From Methanobacteriota archaeon (GTDB lineage: Archaea; Thermoplasmatota; Poseidoniia; Poseidoniales; Thalassarchaeaceae), in NCBI GenBank assembly GCA_002722595.1, contig PBMO01000046.1:1-50739 (forward strand): a DNA stretch of 50,739 bases, read 5' to 3'. Below the pieces are notes generated by a model. The model saw only the letters and a program-made list of their open reading frames with translations. It searched no databases and was not told the origin of the DNA. Made by a program: the position numbers and the translations under genes. Positions 41,874 through 50,739 of the stretch are shown in pieces. Within the stretch, counting starts at the first letter, position 1. Each line of letters starts with the position of its first letter.

Positions 41874-42836
41874 ATGGAGTCACTAATCCGCGATTTATTA
41901 TCGCAACTTGGTGCTTCATTGGACCCTCCTCCAATTCACCAACCCTGTCCAGGAATTTCTCTATTGGGTGTACTCACGAACCCACCTAGGACAAGGAGTG
42001 GTTCTTCACTGAAAACGGGCACATTGGTTTGGCATGCACATGATGGCTGGGCTCCATTGGACAACCTAGAGATTGAGAGATGGTTAGTTGATGTATCTGC
42101 TGGCGATCACTGGCTATTGTCCGAGCGCCCCCTCCGCATTGAAAAAAAACCTATGAAACAGGGAGTTGATTACCAATTGTGGGGGCCTGAAAAATTCGGT
42201 CAATGGCTGGGTGATGCAATATTGAATGGTGATCTTGTTGCGAGTATCCCTCGAAAAATCACTTCAGATAACACAGATGACACTACGAATGTAATGACAC
42301 CCCCCCCTGAAACTGTGGATGAAGGTCCATGTGCACTGCGTCCGCAGATAAATCTGGAGGATATATTGGATAAGTTGAATCTGCGGAATGTTCAACCACG
42401 CCCAGTCCTCCTTCGGTCTAGAATTTGGTCAGTTACAGGAATTTTACGAGGCCCAGACGATGCGGCTCAGAGACAATGGTGGACATTTTTAGAGGATTCT
42501 TTCACAGGAGAAATCGTTCGGTTAGAATCTGTTGAAACTCTGGATTTCATTCCTGAATTAGAACATTTATCGCCCAATTCATGGGCAGTAGAAAGCGATA
42601 TAATACCTCAAATTGCAGGGCTTTGTGAAGAACGAAGGCATTCAGTTATCACAGAATCTGCTGCAGGACAGAAAGTTACAGGCAGCATTTTGCATTGGTG
42701 GAAATTAGATCCTTCCAGTGCTGAAATGAGCCCTCGTCTTGCTCTTTTGCCTGCATGGCAAATAAGATTACCAGATTATACTGCAGTTGTGCATGGATTA
42801 ACAGGTTCTCTTATTCCATTGACAAGATTAAGTTAG
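41874..42836 (+). CDS. Hypothetical protein (320 aa) occupying the slot after rpl30e
   Basis: Intact ORF with no recognisable motif and no KH/GxxG pattern, so it does not look like NusA. Confidence 0.55.
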   Translation: MESLIRDLLSQLGASLDPPPIHQPCPGISLLGVLTNPPRTRSGSSLKTGTLVWHAHDGWAPLDNLEIERWLVDVSAGDHWLLSERPLRIEKKPMKQGVDYQLWGPEKFGQWLGDAILNGDLVASIPRKITSDNTDDTTNVMTPPPETVDEGPCALRPQINLEDILDKLNLRNVQPRPVLLRSRIWSVTGILRGPDDAAQRQWWTFLEDSFTGEIVRLESVETLDFIPELEHLSPNSWAVESDIIPQIAGLCEERRHSVITESAAGQKVTGSILHWWKLDPSSAEMSPRLALLPAWQIRLPDYTAVVHGLTGSLIPLTRLS

Positions 42837-43985
42837 TACTTCATCAAGCCGATCTTGTTCCACAGCTCGACGAATTTCCATCGCAATTCTGCGACCACTG
42901 CTCATTGGCTTCCTCCATGTTGCATTTCCATAGGGGTGCCCCACATTAACATGGACATTTGTTCCACCACCCAAACGTGGTGCAACATCGTAAATGTAGT
43001 AATTCATATCTTTATCAATGCAGGTTTGTAGACAAAAGGGCCCAATGATTCCCGGGTCATAATGCTCCTTGCTTGCATCAATGAACTTCTCGCCGAGTTC
43101 AAAGGCACTTTCAAGCAAACTTTCTCGTATTGTTGCAGTATTGTGGCCAACTACAGTCATCTCAGGAATCTGCTGATGTGCAGGCATAGTCAACTGTTGT
43201 GGGGCTGGTAGTCGAACATGTCCATCCAACGACGATTCAAATCGCCAATCAACCCCGAGTAATTCGAGTTTGGGCATTTCTTCCTCAAGTGGGCTGTAGA
43301 AAAAGTTCAGATTGAACACGGGGCCAATGACGTATCTTTCAATACGTGCACCATCTAGACTTTCTTGGTCAATAATTCCCTCTTTGAGAAGAGATTCGGA
43401 TTTTTCGACATATTCATCATGGGAAGAGCAAGTGAAAAATCCCCTCTCGAGTTTTTTCTGGGCATGGTGCAACTTTACAATTACTAGGCAGTCAATGTCT
43501 TCTGGATTATCAATGGATTCTGGATACGGTAGACCTGCTTTGTCAAGTATCCAGTAGTAATCCTGTTCTTCAGTCCTTTCTTCCATACGCAGCATATTTC
43601 TACTGCCGAACATCGGCACTCGGAAGTCATTCTCAATACTCTCGATTGGGCTGTAGGATGTGAATGATCTGTTTGGGACATATACGACATTCCTATCTCT
43701 CATTTGTTGCTGAAAATTTGGCTCCATAACATCGTTGAAGGAGTCCAAAACAATTGCTTTGTCAACCATCCCACGGGTAACCCTTCCGGATGAATTACGG
43801 CGAGTCCTATAATACTCTGAATATGTCTTTTCACGCCCTTTTTGGCAATATGCGACAGTCGGGAACCCTTCTTCAATAGCTCCATCACAAATGTCCAATG
43901 CACTGTGGCTCGCCGTCATCCCAATACGTAATTTGAGGCGATCATAATCTTCTAGAATCTCTTGGATGTCGGTAGACGAAATCAT
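42828..43985 (-). CDS. purP: FAICAR synthetase PurP (5-formaminoimidazole-4-carboxamide ribonucleotide synthetase, ATP-grasp)
   Basis: IGMTASHSALDICDGAIEEGFPTVAYCQKGREKTY resembles the PurP N-terminal signature. The length (385 aa) and the ATP-grasp-like C-terminal half are also consistent. Confidence 0.8.
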   Translation of the reverse strand: MISSTDIQEILEDYDRLKLRIGMTASHSALDICDGAIEEGFPTVAYCQKGREKTYSEYYRTRRNSSGRVTRGMVDKAIVLDSFNDVMEPNFQQQMRDRNVVYVPNRSFTSYSPIESIENDFRVPMFGSRNMLRMEERTEEQDYYWILDKAGLPYPESIDNPEDIDCLVIVKLHHAQKKLERGFFTCSSHDEYVEKSESLLKEGIIDQESLDGARIERYVIGPVFNLNFFYSPLEEEMPKLELLGVDWRFESSLDGHVRLPAPQQLTMPAHQQIPEMTVVGHNTATIRESLLESAFELGEKFIDASKEHYDPGIIGPFCLQTCIDKDMNYYIYDVAPRLGGGTNVHVNVGHPYGNATWRKPMSSGRRIAMEIRRAVEQDRLDEVLT

Positions 43986-43989
43986 GTGC

Positions 43990-44889
43990 TCAACCGCCGC
44001 GCTGAAGTGCCATCAGTTCATCAGTAGTCAGTTTTTCACCTGACATGAGCTTGGACATCAAATCTTGAACCTCTACTCTTGCACCCGAATCGCTAGAAGA
44101 TGTTTCTGAAATACCAGAATCCTTGTTTTTCTTTGCCCTCAATATATCCTGAATTGAATGTAAGCAGCGAAGACTGACGATATAGGTCTGATGTGCATTG
44201 TCTGCTTCTTTTTTCGATCTGCGGACTTGCGATTGACTAGAATCTGCCTTTTCTCTTAGTCGATCAACCTCTTCGCTGATTTTTATCATCAAATCGTGGG
44301 CCTGCTGAGCGTTATCGGCAGCAGTAGTAACCGCATTGTGAGCTTCTTCCTGCTCATCAATGGCTGTTCTTAGTTTGACACGTGCATCCTTTAAGTCGAC
44401 ATTAGAGTCCTCTTTTTCAGCCATATCACGTAGTTTTCTTTTCATCATTTGCATCCTATGCATTGCCTTCTTCTCGTTCTTTCCAGTATGCTTGCCCATT
44501 TCGAATTCTCGTTCGAGAACTTCAATCTTACGTCGTAGCATGGCAGGAGTATCAGGCCGATCACGCTTTCCTCTTCGACCGCCTCTTTCTTGTTGTTCTG
44601 GTTCACCGCCAGATAACTGGCGAAGTTGCTCCTTTGCCTCTTTCACTTGGGCATTTTTCTGCGCACGGAGATCTTTTGCTTCACGCACAGCAGCATTAGC
44701 CTCATCTCGGATAACTTTCTGGCGCTGTACTTCTGTAATCAATTCCCGTACTTGACTATTGAATGTGTTTCTTGTACCCAAATGCTCTCGTGTCTTAGAA
44801 TTCCAGTTTTCACGGTGATCACGACTCTTCTTGACCTTCTTGTCAATGGTTGTTCGCAATCCATCGAGGTTAGTCAAATAGTCACTCAT
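43990..44889 (-). CDS. Archaeal coiled-coil protein (COG1340-like), paralogue 1
   Basis: Charged heptad-rich sequence throughout, with a central RGGRRGKRDRP linker and a C-terminal LMSGEKLTTDELMALQRGG motif. Confidence 0.75.
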   Translation of the reverse strand: MSDYLTNLDGLRTTIDKKVKKSRDHRENWNSKTREHLGTRNTFNSQVRELITEVQRQKVIRDEANAAVREAKDLRAQKNAQVKEAKEQLRQLSGGEPEQQERGGRRGKRDRPDTPAMLRRKIEVLEREFEMGKHTGKNEKKAMHRMQMMKRKLRDMAEKEDSNVDLKDARVKLRTAIDEQEEAHNAVTTAADNAQQAHDLMIKISEEVDRLREKADSSQSQVRRSKKEADNAHQTYIVSLRCLHSIQDILRAKKNKDSGISETSSSDSGARVEVQDLMSKLMSGEKLTTDELMALQRGG

Positions 44890-44968
44890 ATTATCACCTG
44901 GCGATGTCAGCCTAGTCTTTCAACAACTCGGCCACATAGGTGTTGCATATAATCGCTACTCTCAGGCA

Positions 44969-44985
44969 TCGCCCCCATAGGGGGC
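44969..44985. repeat. GC hairpin CGCCCCC-ATA-GGGGGCG in a divergent promoter region
   Basis: Its core is the exact reverse complement of the 15-mer at 15282-15296. Confidence 0.5.
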
Positions 44986-45042
44986 GCATCGTTCGAGACT
45001 TGAAATTAGATAACGATTAAGCCCTGCCGGCTAAACCCCGGT

Positions 45043-45735
45043 ATGATTATCATGTTCATTGATGGAATGCCGGGGATGGATAGAGTACTGACAAATGATG
45101 TTAATCCGCCATATTTGACACTAGTAACAGGTCCACCTGGTTCAATGAAATCCTCGTTTTGTCTTTCGATGATATCGAATCATTTGCGCCAGTCGGGAGG
45201 CTTTGGACTTTATTGTACTGTAGAGGAGACCACCAGTAGTCTTCTCCGTGCATCCCAGTCACTTGGATTATCTCTTCCACCAAACCTCCAAATAACAGAT
45301 TTCACAGAACTTCGAAATGAAAATGAGGCCATGGATTACCTCAAATTCACACAAAAAATGATTGAGCACTTCAAACGAGAGCGTGGTGACGCGTTTTCCG
45401 TTTTCATACTTGATTCACTTGGTGCAATTTATAGCCTTACAAAAGTAGATGAGGAAATGAGAAAGCGAATGTTCAGATTCTTCGAGTTCTGCCGGAGTCA
45501 GAATTTACACACCTTTGTAATCACTGAACGACAAAAAGGTGAAAGTGCTGAACTAGAAGGTAACGAAGGATTCCTTGCAGATGCAATTCTCAATTTGGGA
45601 CTTGACCGACGAAATGGGCAGATTGTAAGGACACTACAAATTGAGAAGATGCGTCACGTTAGGCATTCCATGGAAAAGCAAGCAATGGAAGTTACAGGTG
45701 CAGGTGTTTCTCTATTGGGCCCATTGTTTGATTAG
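45043..45735 (+). CDS. Single-domain KaiC/RadA-like (RecA-superfamily) ATPase
   Basis: Walker A is LVTGPPGSMKSSF and Walker B is VFILDSLGA. The C-terminal LQIEKMRHVRH is typical of the KaiC-like family. Confidence 0.8.
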   Translation: MIIMFIDGMPGMDRVLTNDVNPPYLTLVTGPPGSMKSSFCLSMISNHLRQSGGFGLYCTVEETTSSLLRASQSLGLSLPPNLQITDFTELRNENEAMDYLKFTQKMIEHFKRERGDAFSVFILDSLGAIYSLTKVDEEMRKRMFRFFEFCRSQNLHTFVITERQKGESAELEGNEGFLADAILNLGLDRRNGQIVRTLQIEKMRHVRHSMEKQAMEVTGAGVSLLGPLFD

Positions 45736-46052
45736 AGAAAAGGAACCAATTTGGGTATTTCTTTAGCTATTATTGATCGCATAGAACCCACATTACATTC
45801 AATATCAGTTTGTATCAAAAGTGTGTGTCCTTCATCTATTCGCTGTGAGAACAGAAACGAATCTGATGTTCTGATGAATATTTTTGTTGCATTCTCCGGC
45901 GCTATAGACTCTAATGCATGCCAATTCGCGACAAATTTTTCTGCATCAATATCGGTGGGCGAGTATTCGATTGATAATGCATCGGGGCCGATTATTACTG
46001 CACATTTCACGCCATTTAAACTAGAGATTCCAGCCAATATTTCCTCTCTCAT
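45732..46052 (-). CDS. Roadblock/LC7 (MglB-like) domain protein
   Basis: About 107 aa from ATG 46052. The pattern ILAGISSLNGVKCAVIIGPDALSIEY ... HTLLIQTD ... VGSMRSII fits the Roadblock alpha-beta-alpha fold. The listed ORF extends to 46124 and would overlap the GNAT gene. Confidence 0.6.
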   Translation of the reverse strand: MREEILAGISSLNGVKCAVIIGPDALSIEYSPTDIDAEKFVANWHALESIAPENATKIFIRTSDSFLFSQRIDEGHTLLIQTDIECNVGSMRSIIAKEIPKLVPFL

Positions 46053-46078
46053 AATTGGCGGGATGCAGAGGAAGGGCA

Positions 46079-46612
46079 TCATTGTGGCGATGGTTCTGAA
46101 TTCAAGGGGCCGAACATCAACCATCCCTTTTTGCCACGATAAAATCCAATAATTTGGCCCCGTATTTTCAACCCTCTCCGCTTATACAAGCGAATCGCAG
46201 AATCGTTATCTTGTCGAACTTCTAGTTGCACTTCTTTGATTCCCATCCGAATCGCCTCATCTGCAAATTTCTTCCACCCTGTGTGGCCTAGCCCCTTCCC
46301 TTGGAGATTTGTGTGGATTGAAAATGCCAGTACTCGAGCACATTCCCCACTCATCTTCATTGCCCAAAGAATACCGTAGTCAATTTCTCCATCAGTCAGG
46401 ATAAAGCGACCAAATTTCGGATCTAATGGCAACATTTTCAATCTTTCAATATCATATGATTCGCCAGTTGTGGATTGAATTAATTTGCGAACTTTTTCGA
46501 CACGTGATTCTTCCCATTGGCGGATTTCTGGACTAATTGACCAGTACAATTGGATAGAATCACCCCTAGCGTGAATCTCTCTCACCAGAGCCCAGAGTTC
46601 TCCGCTTACCAC
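46079..46612 (-). CDS. GNAT-family N-acetyltransferase
   Basis: The acetyl-CoA-binding motif LQGKGLGHTGWKKFADEA and EVRQDNDSAIRLYKRRGLK are present. Confidence 0.8.
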   Translation of the reverse strand: MVSGELWALVREIHARGDSIQLYWSISPEIRQWEESRVEKVRKLIQSTTGESYDIERLKMLPLDPKFGRFILTDGEIDYGILWAMKMSGECARVLAFSIHTNLQGKGLGHTGWKKFADEAIRMGIKEVQLEVRQDNDSAIRLYKRRGLKIRGQIIGFYRGKKGWLMFGPLNSEPSPQ

Positions 46613-47564
46613 GCGCTGCCCCCGACTTTCGCCGCCGCTTTTTTGTCGGTTGAGATACAGAACCTCCCTCCGCTTCTTGCTGCTCGGATATTGCAGATAT
46701 ATTTCCAGCCTTGAGAAGTGCAGACATCTCTTCTATTGAAAGCGATTCGCCACTAACTGCCTTTGCCTTTACATCTTCAATACGTGGACCAATTTTCCGA
46801 CCCTTATGTCCTCGCTCAGATTTTTTCCGCAATCTCAAGTAGGCTTCGATTCTACCAACTTCTTTCCGCATTTTCTTAATTGCGGAGCTCTGTTTTTTGA
46901 TGTCGTCTAACATCTCTGATATGCGATCATTTTGCTTTCGAATATCCTTTGGATTGGGGCCTTTTTCGACTGTTTTTTCGCCATCAGCATTTTCAGCATT
47001 ACCTGTTTCTAATTTGAGTTGATCAAGGTCCTTCAGCATTTCACCTTGTTGTCGCAGTAGATCAATGTATTTTTGATGTAAATCATTTCCTAATTTCTTC
47101 TTCACATACATGGCCTGTAACTCGAAAAAGAACGAAAATAATTTCACCTCATGATTCTGATTAGGCATCATCGACAAGTCACTCGGCATCGTAGATAATC
47201 GTGCATATGTTTGGCCCAACCGCTCCTCTATTATTTCGAGAGGAGGTGGGACATTTTCGTTGATCTGGTCACGCTGTCCCTTCAATCGATTGGCTTCATC
47301 TCGAGTTGCCCGGAATTTGCCCAGTATTGAATTTCTCTCTTTGTTCATCCCTTTGGTAGTTTCATGCATGGCGCGCATTGATTGAACTATTGAAATCTCA
47401 GCTTGTCTTTCTTCTTGGGCGGTTGTTTTCTGCCTTTCTGCAGCTTTTAGATTCGCCCTTATCGAATTACATTTTTCTGCTAGTTCTTGAGTAGGAATAT
47501 CTTCTAAATCATCAAATAATCCAGAATTGTTTTTCACCGATCTTTTCGGTTTATCCTGACTCAT
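46566..47564 (-). CDS. Archaeal coiled-coil protein (COG1340-like), paralogue 2, with a basic C-terminal tail
   Basis: Heptad-rich sequence, a SGESLSIEEMSALLKAG motif as in paralogue 1, and the tail PTKKRRRKSGAARGKRR. The 3' end overlaps the GNAT ORF by 47 nt. Confidence 0.75.
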   Translation of the reverse strand: MSQDKPKRSVKNNSGLFDDLEDIPTQELAEKCNSIRANLKAAERQKTTAQEERQAEISIVQSMRAMHETTKGMNKERNSILGKFRATRDEANRLKGQRDQINENVPPPLEIIEERLGQTYARLSTMPSDLSMMPNQNHEVKLFSFFFELQAMYVKKKLGNDLHQKYIDLLRQQGEMLKDLDQLKLETGNAENADGEKTVEKGPNPKDIRKQNDRISEMLDDIKKQSSAIKKMRKEVGRIEAYLRLRKKSERGHKGRKIGPRIEDVKAKAVSGESLSIEEMSALLKAGNISAISEQQEAEGGSVSQPTKKRRRKSGAARGKRRTLGSGERDSR

Positions 47565-48373
47565 GCTCCTTCCTCCTTTTTTGAGTTAGGAGATAGTGGT
47601 AGATCCGCATTTTTCCTTTTGATTGTAGATTTACCACCTTGTTGTACGTTTTTTGAATCAGAAAGGAGTGTCCCTGCACCGCTCTTGGAGATTTTCTCCC
47701 AGTAAGTAACCGTGTTCTCGGATTGCTGAATAAGTGCCCTTGCCCTTTCTAACTGGCGCATAGTATTCTTCAACTCAGTTCTTTTCTCAATAAAATCTGC
47801 ATGGATTGGTTCACTTTTTGTAGCATGTGCAAGCATTTCTTGATGACATTTATCTGCCAATATGAATAATTTCTGCATTTTTTTACTTGATGCTATGTAT
47901 TCTGCCATTTGGGGGTTGTTCTTACGACGTTTCTCCAACCAATCTTGATTCTTTTTGAGGAGGCTTTTACGCTGTTCAATTAATTTTCTTTCATCCTCTA
48001 ATGTGAGTGCTTGTTTCTCGATTTTGTTCTCGACTTCTTCGAGTGCTTCTTCGAGTTGTTCCTTAGCCCATTTCGGATCCAAGCTCTTCAGTCCACCCTC
48101 CGTCTCTAACTTGTTGCGCAGGTCCCTAGTTTGCTTGAGCAATTTTCTTGCCTCTATTTGTGCATCATCTCGAATTTTTTTCAGTTCAGCGACTTTATTT
48201 GATTCAGCATCGCGTTTCAATCTCAGTTTCTCCACTAAGGGTGCCAATTGATCAGCTTCTTCACTCATTTTTTTCTCAACATCAGGGAGTATCTTGGCCA
48301 GAACCCTCCGTCGCTCCAGTATGGCCAATGCCATCGCCTCCGGAGTCACGGAAAGTAATTCGTCGATTCCCAT
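47561..48373 (-). CDS. Archaeal coiled-coil protein, paralogue 3
   Basis: Heptad-rich sequence, with an ATGA overlap to paralogue 2. Confidence 0.7.
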   Translation of the reverse strand: MGIDELLSVTPEAMALAILERRRVLAKILPDVEKKMSEEADQLAPLVEKLRLKRDAESNKVAELKKIRDDAQIEARKLLKQTRDLRNKLETEGGLKSLDPKWAKEQLEEALEEVENKIEKQALTLEDERKLIEQRKSLLKKNQDWLEKRRKNNPQMAEYIASSKKMQKLFILADKCHQEMLAHATKSEPIHADFIEKRTELKNTMRQLERARALIQQSENTVTYWEKISKSGAGTLLSDSKNVQQGGKSTIKRKNADLPLSPNSKKEEGA

Positions 48374-48472
48374 GTTAACGACTCGCCGAGTCGCAGGTTC
48401 TGCATAAAGGTTGAGCGAAAAACCGCCTTGAGAAAGGCAAGGGTCTTGAACCGGAACTGTTCAACAGCACTC

Positions 48473-50739
48473 ATGACCAAGGGTCATGCGGGTACTTTGC
48501 GAGTGGTGATAGTACTCCTTATGCCAATATTCTTACCATTTGTTTCGGCTTCAGGACAAGGACTCCTTTTGGATGGAGATCAATTCATAGTGGAAGGCGA
48601 TCAGCAAGTTGGTTCTGGCGATATCAATGTAACAGCAGTCGTAGTTTCGCATGATTCTTCATCATCAGGAAATTTGGAAATGGTCCTTACATCGGAGTCG
48701 AATACACAATTAGCATCAGATAATCGTTCAATTTCACTACTCGCGGACGAGTCGGTTACAGAAGTTTTTGATATTCAAGCAGTCCCAATTGGCACACATG
48801 TATTGGTCTTAAGACTCTGGGGTGATGTGGGCGTTGAGTTTGAAAACAACCTCAGTGAGATTCAGATTTATGTCCACAAATATTCTCCTGCCGATGCAGT
48901 GGTGTCACAGCCTCAAAGTTGGACTTTAACACCAATCAATAGTTCGAATAACCAGCCTAGTGGAAATGAATCAATTCGTGATGGGGATGGAATTTTTGCA
49001 GAAATAGGACTGGTTAATACAGGAGATGTATCGTGGGACGGAAATCTCAAAATTCTGATTGATGGAATTCAACAATTACAGCAACCTGTAACTATTTTCG
49101 GAGATTCTACTTTCTACGCAAATGTTTCATTGGGTCCATTCACTGAAGGCGCTGCAATAATCACTGCGATACTAGATGAAAATGGCACTTCAATATCTTC
49201 TGTTTCAACTAATCTAACAATTGGCCCTCCTCCGCTACCCAGGGTAGTGTTCAATTTAGATTCTAATCCAACTGCGCATGAATTAGGCAATTTGGTGCAG
49301 TGGAATATCAGTGTTGAAAATACAGGTGAGATTGCATTTAATGGAGATGTTATATGCAATTTTCCTAGCGCGGTTGAAATAATTAACACAACTGTATCAA
49401 TTCCTCCACAATCCATTTGGAATAGTAGTCTACAAATCACAGTTCGACCAGGTACAATACTCTGTTATGCACAATTTGAACAGCGTATGCATGACGATTC
49501 TCTGACTAACTCAAGTCACGATTATACCATGTCCGCTGGACACCTAATGCGTGCTGGAAGTGATGGGTTGACGATTTCAGGAGGCCCATTTCACGTTGGC
49601 GATCCCATCCCATTAGCGATATTGATTCACAATGGAGGAGACTTTACTGGAAGCGCATCTTTAGAGGTGCGAGAATCCAACCTTGATGGTTCAGAAATGG
49701 GGCAATGGGCTACACTTGAGCAGAGAAATTTAGAGGTTGGAAGTAGCCTCGAATTAGGGGCGAACCATTTCCCAATTTCTTCGGGTGAACGAGAAATTGA
49801 GTGGAGAATAATGAGTTCAGACAGCCTAGTTTCCAATGATTTATCGGGTTCAATCAGTGTCGCAGTGCAACCATCACAGGCTCTGTCTACAGCAATATCT
49901 TCCTGGTCTTGGACGCTTAGTGAAGGTCTGGAAGTAGAGATTACAACATCACTATCGAATGGAGAATCTCGAGAGGTAACACTATCTGTTGGTACCGAAG
50001 GTACATCGGGTGAAGTTGAGCAGATTTCAGCTAACATTCTCCTTTCACCTGGTCAAAGGACGTTGACATATAACCTTGGCCAACCAACTGCATCATCCAA
50101 CGTTTGGGCCCGATTGATACCAGTTGACTGGACTTCATCTACAGTCGCCGAAGATAGTACAACGATTGTACGCCCAGAACCAAGGGCTGTACTTTCAATC
50201 GATTCAGTCGAGCCCACAAATCCAGTCCGAGGAGAATCTGCTACCATAACATACACTTTGGTTAATGAGGGAGGTGGAGATGTTCTAACCGGCCAGTTGA
50301 CATTAATCGACAACAAGGATGGAGAAATTCTGTGGACACAGTCTTCTCAAGCAATCCCTAGTGGTGAGTCAACGACTGCATCTTTCTCCATTTCTGAGTG
50401 GCCAGATTATAATGTTGTAGACATAACTATGTTTTGGGAAACTCCCCATACGAGCGCTGAAACAACAAGTTCAATTCTTTCTCAATCTGAGGCCGAAGGT
50501 AGCGATGATTTAGAAATCGATTGGCTAGCAATTGTTTACGGTGCCTTATTCGGTTTGCTAATTGGATTGGCCACTCGAACAGTTATGCGTGCAAGAGCTG
50601 GAGAGTCAATATTACCGATACGTGAGCAGCGAACCCGGGCCCCAGCTTCTAAGAAATCCAAGCAGGTTGAAGAAAAGGTGGAAGTATCATGCCCAGCATG
50701 TGATCAAAGTCTTCGGGTCCCTGCAACATTTTCGGGTAC
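48473..50739 (+). CDS. Large surface protein, 3'-truncated by the window edge: signal peptide, CARDB-like Ig repeats, TM helix, cytoplasmic Zn-ribbon start
   Basis: This ORF is absent from the supplied track because there is no stop before the window end. I translated the frame from ATG 48473 by hand and found no stop through 50739. The signal is VVIVLLMPIFLPFVSASG. Repeats contain VNTGDVSWDG, VENTGEIAFNG, IHNGGDFTGS and LVNEGGGDV. The TM is WLAIVYGALFGLLIGLA, followed by CPACDQSLRVP. The minus-strand ORFs at 49114-50316 are shadows. Confidence 0.8.
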   Translation, partial: MTKGHAGTLRVVIVLLMPIFLPFVSASGQGLLLDGDQFIVEGDQQVGSGDINVTAVVVSHDSSSSGNLEMVLTSESNTQLASDNRSISLLADESVTEVFDIQAVPIGTHVLVLRLWGDVGVEFENNLSEIQIYVHKYSPADAVVSQPQSWTLTPINSSNNQPSGNESIRDGDGIFAEIGLVNTGDVSWDGNLKILIDGIQQLQQPVTIFGDSTFYANVSLGPFTEGAAIITAILDENGTSISSVSTNLTIGPPPLPRVVFNLDSNPTAHELGNLVQWNISVENTGEIAFNGDVICNFPSAVEIINTTVSIPPQSIWNSSLQITVRPGTILCYAQFEQRMHDDSLTNSSHDYTMSAGHLMRAGSDGLTISGGPFHVGDPIPLAILIHNGGDFTGSASLEVRESNLDGSEMGQWATLEQRNLEVGSSLELGANHFPISSGEREIEWRIMSSDSLVSNDLSGSISVAVQPSQALSTAISSWSWTLSEGLEVEITTSLSNGESREVTLSVGTEGTSGEVEQISANILLSPGQRTLTYNLGQPTASSNVWARLIPVDWTSSTVAEDSTTIVRPEPRAVLSIDSVEPTNPVRGESATITYTLVNEGGGDVLTGQLTLIDNKDGEILWTQSSQAIPSGESTTASFSISEWPDYNVVDITMFWETPHTSAETTSSILSQSEAEGSDDLEIDWLAIVYGALFGLLIGLATRTVMRARAGESILPIREQRTRAPASKKSKQVEEKVEVSCPACDQSLRVPATFSG

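Overview
The window reads as a gene-dense archaeal chromosome segment: AT-leaning, with short intergenic gaps and many 1-4 nt start/stop overlaps. Archaeal markers are the rpoH-rpoB-rpoA1-rpoA2-rpl30e cluster (32.5-41.8 kb), the RNase P protein Pop5, PurP, an XPD/Rad3 helicase and one tRNA-Lys(UUU). Giant Ca-binding (thrombospondin-type-3-like) and CARDB-like surface proteins and a GSII-type glutamine synthetase are also present. From this I infer, without proof, an uncultured marine Thermoplasmatota / Marine Group II-like euryarchaeon. Other blocks:
- divergent glnA(GSII)/gdhA;
- an acyl-CoA carboxylase (carboxyltransferase + BCCP) operon divergent from a methylmalonyl-CoA mutase B12 subunit and MeaB;
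- an AsnB-like / GshA-like ligase pair;
- an eight-gene Rieske/cytochrome b cluster;
- a divergent FtsZ homologue with a TPR partner;
- a methyltransferase-BirA fusion;
- a cluster of three archaeal coiled-coil paralogues with a KaiC-like ATPase, a Roadblock/LC7 protein and a GNAT.
I saw no CRISPR array, rRNA, transposase, integrase or recognisable defence genes. The best candidates for something undescribed are:
1. a cytochrome-b subunit-IV half fused through an extracytoplasmic domain to a cytoplasmic HdrD-like Fe-S/CCG module, inside a Rieske/cyt b operon;
2. paralogous helix-hairpin-helix-like N-terminal domains on basic linkers attached to both RpoH and RpoA'', plus a Zn-ribbon insertion in RpoA';
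3. a GC-rich hairpin cluster and a recurring GC hairpin motif in intergenic regions.
All functional calls come from motif recognition by eye. No database search was run.
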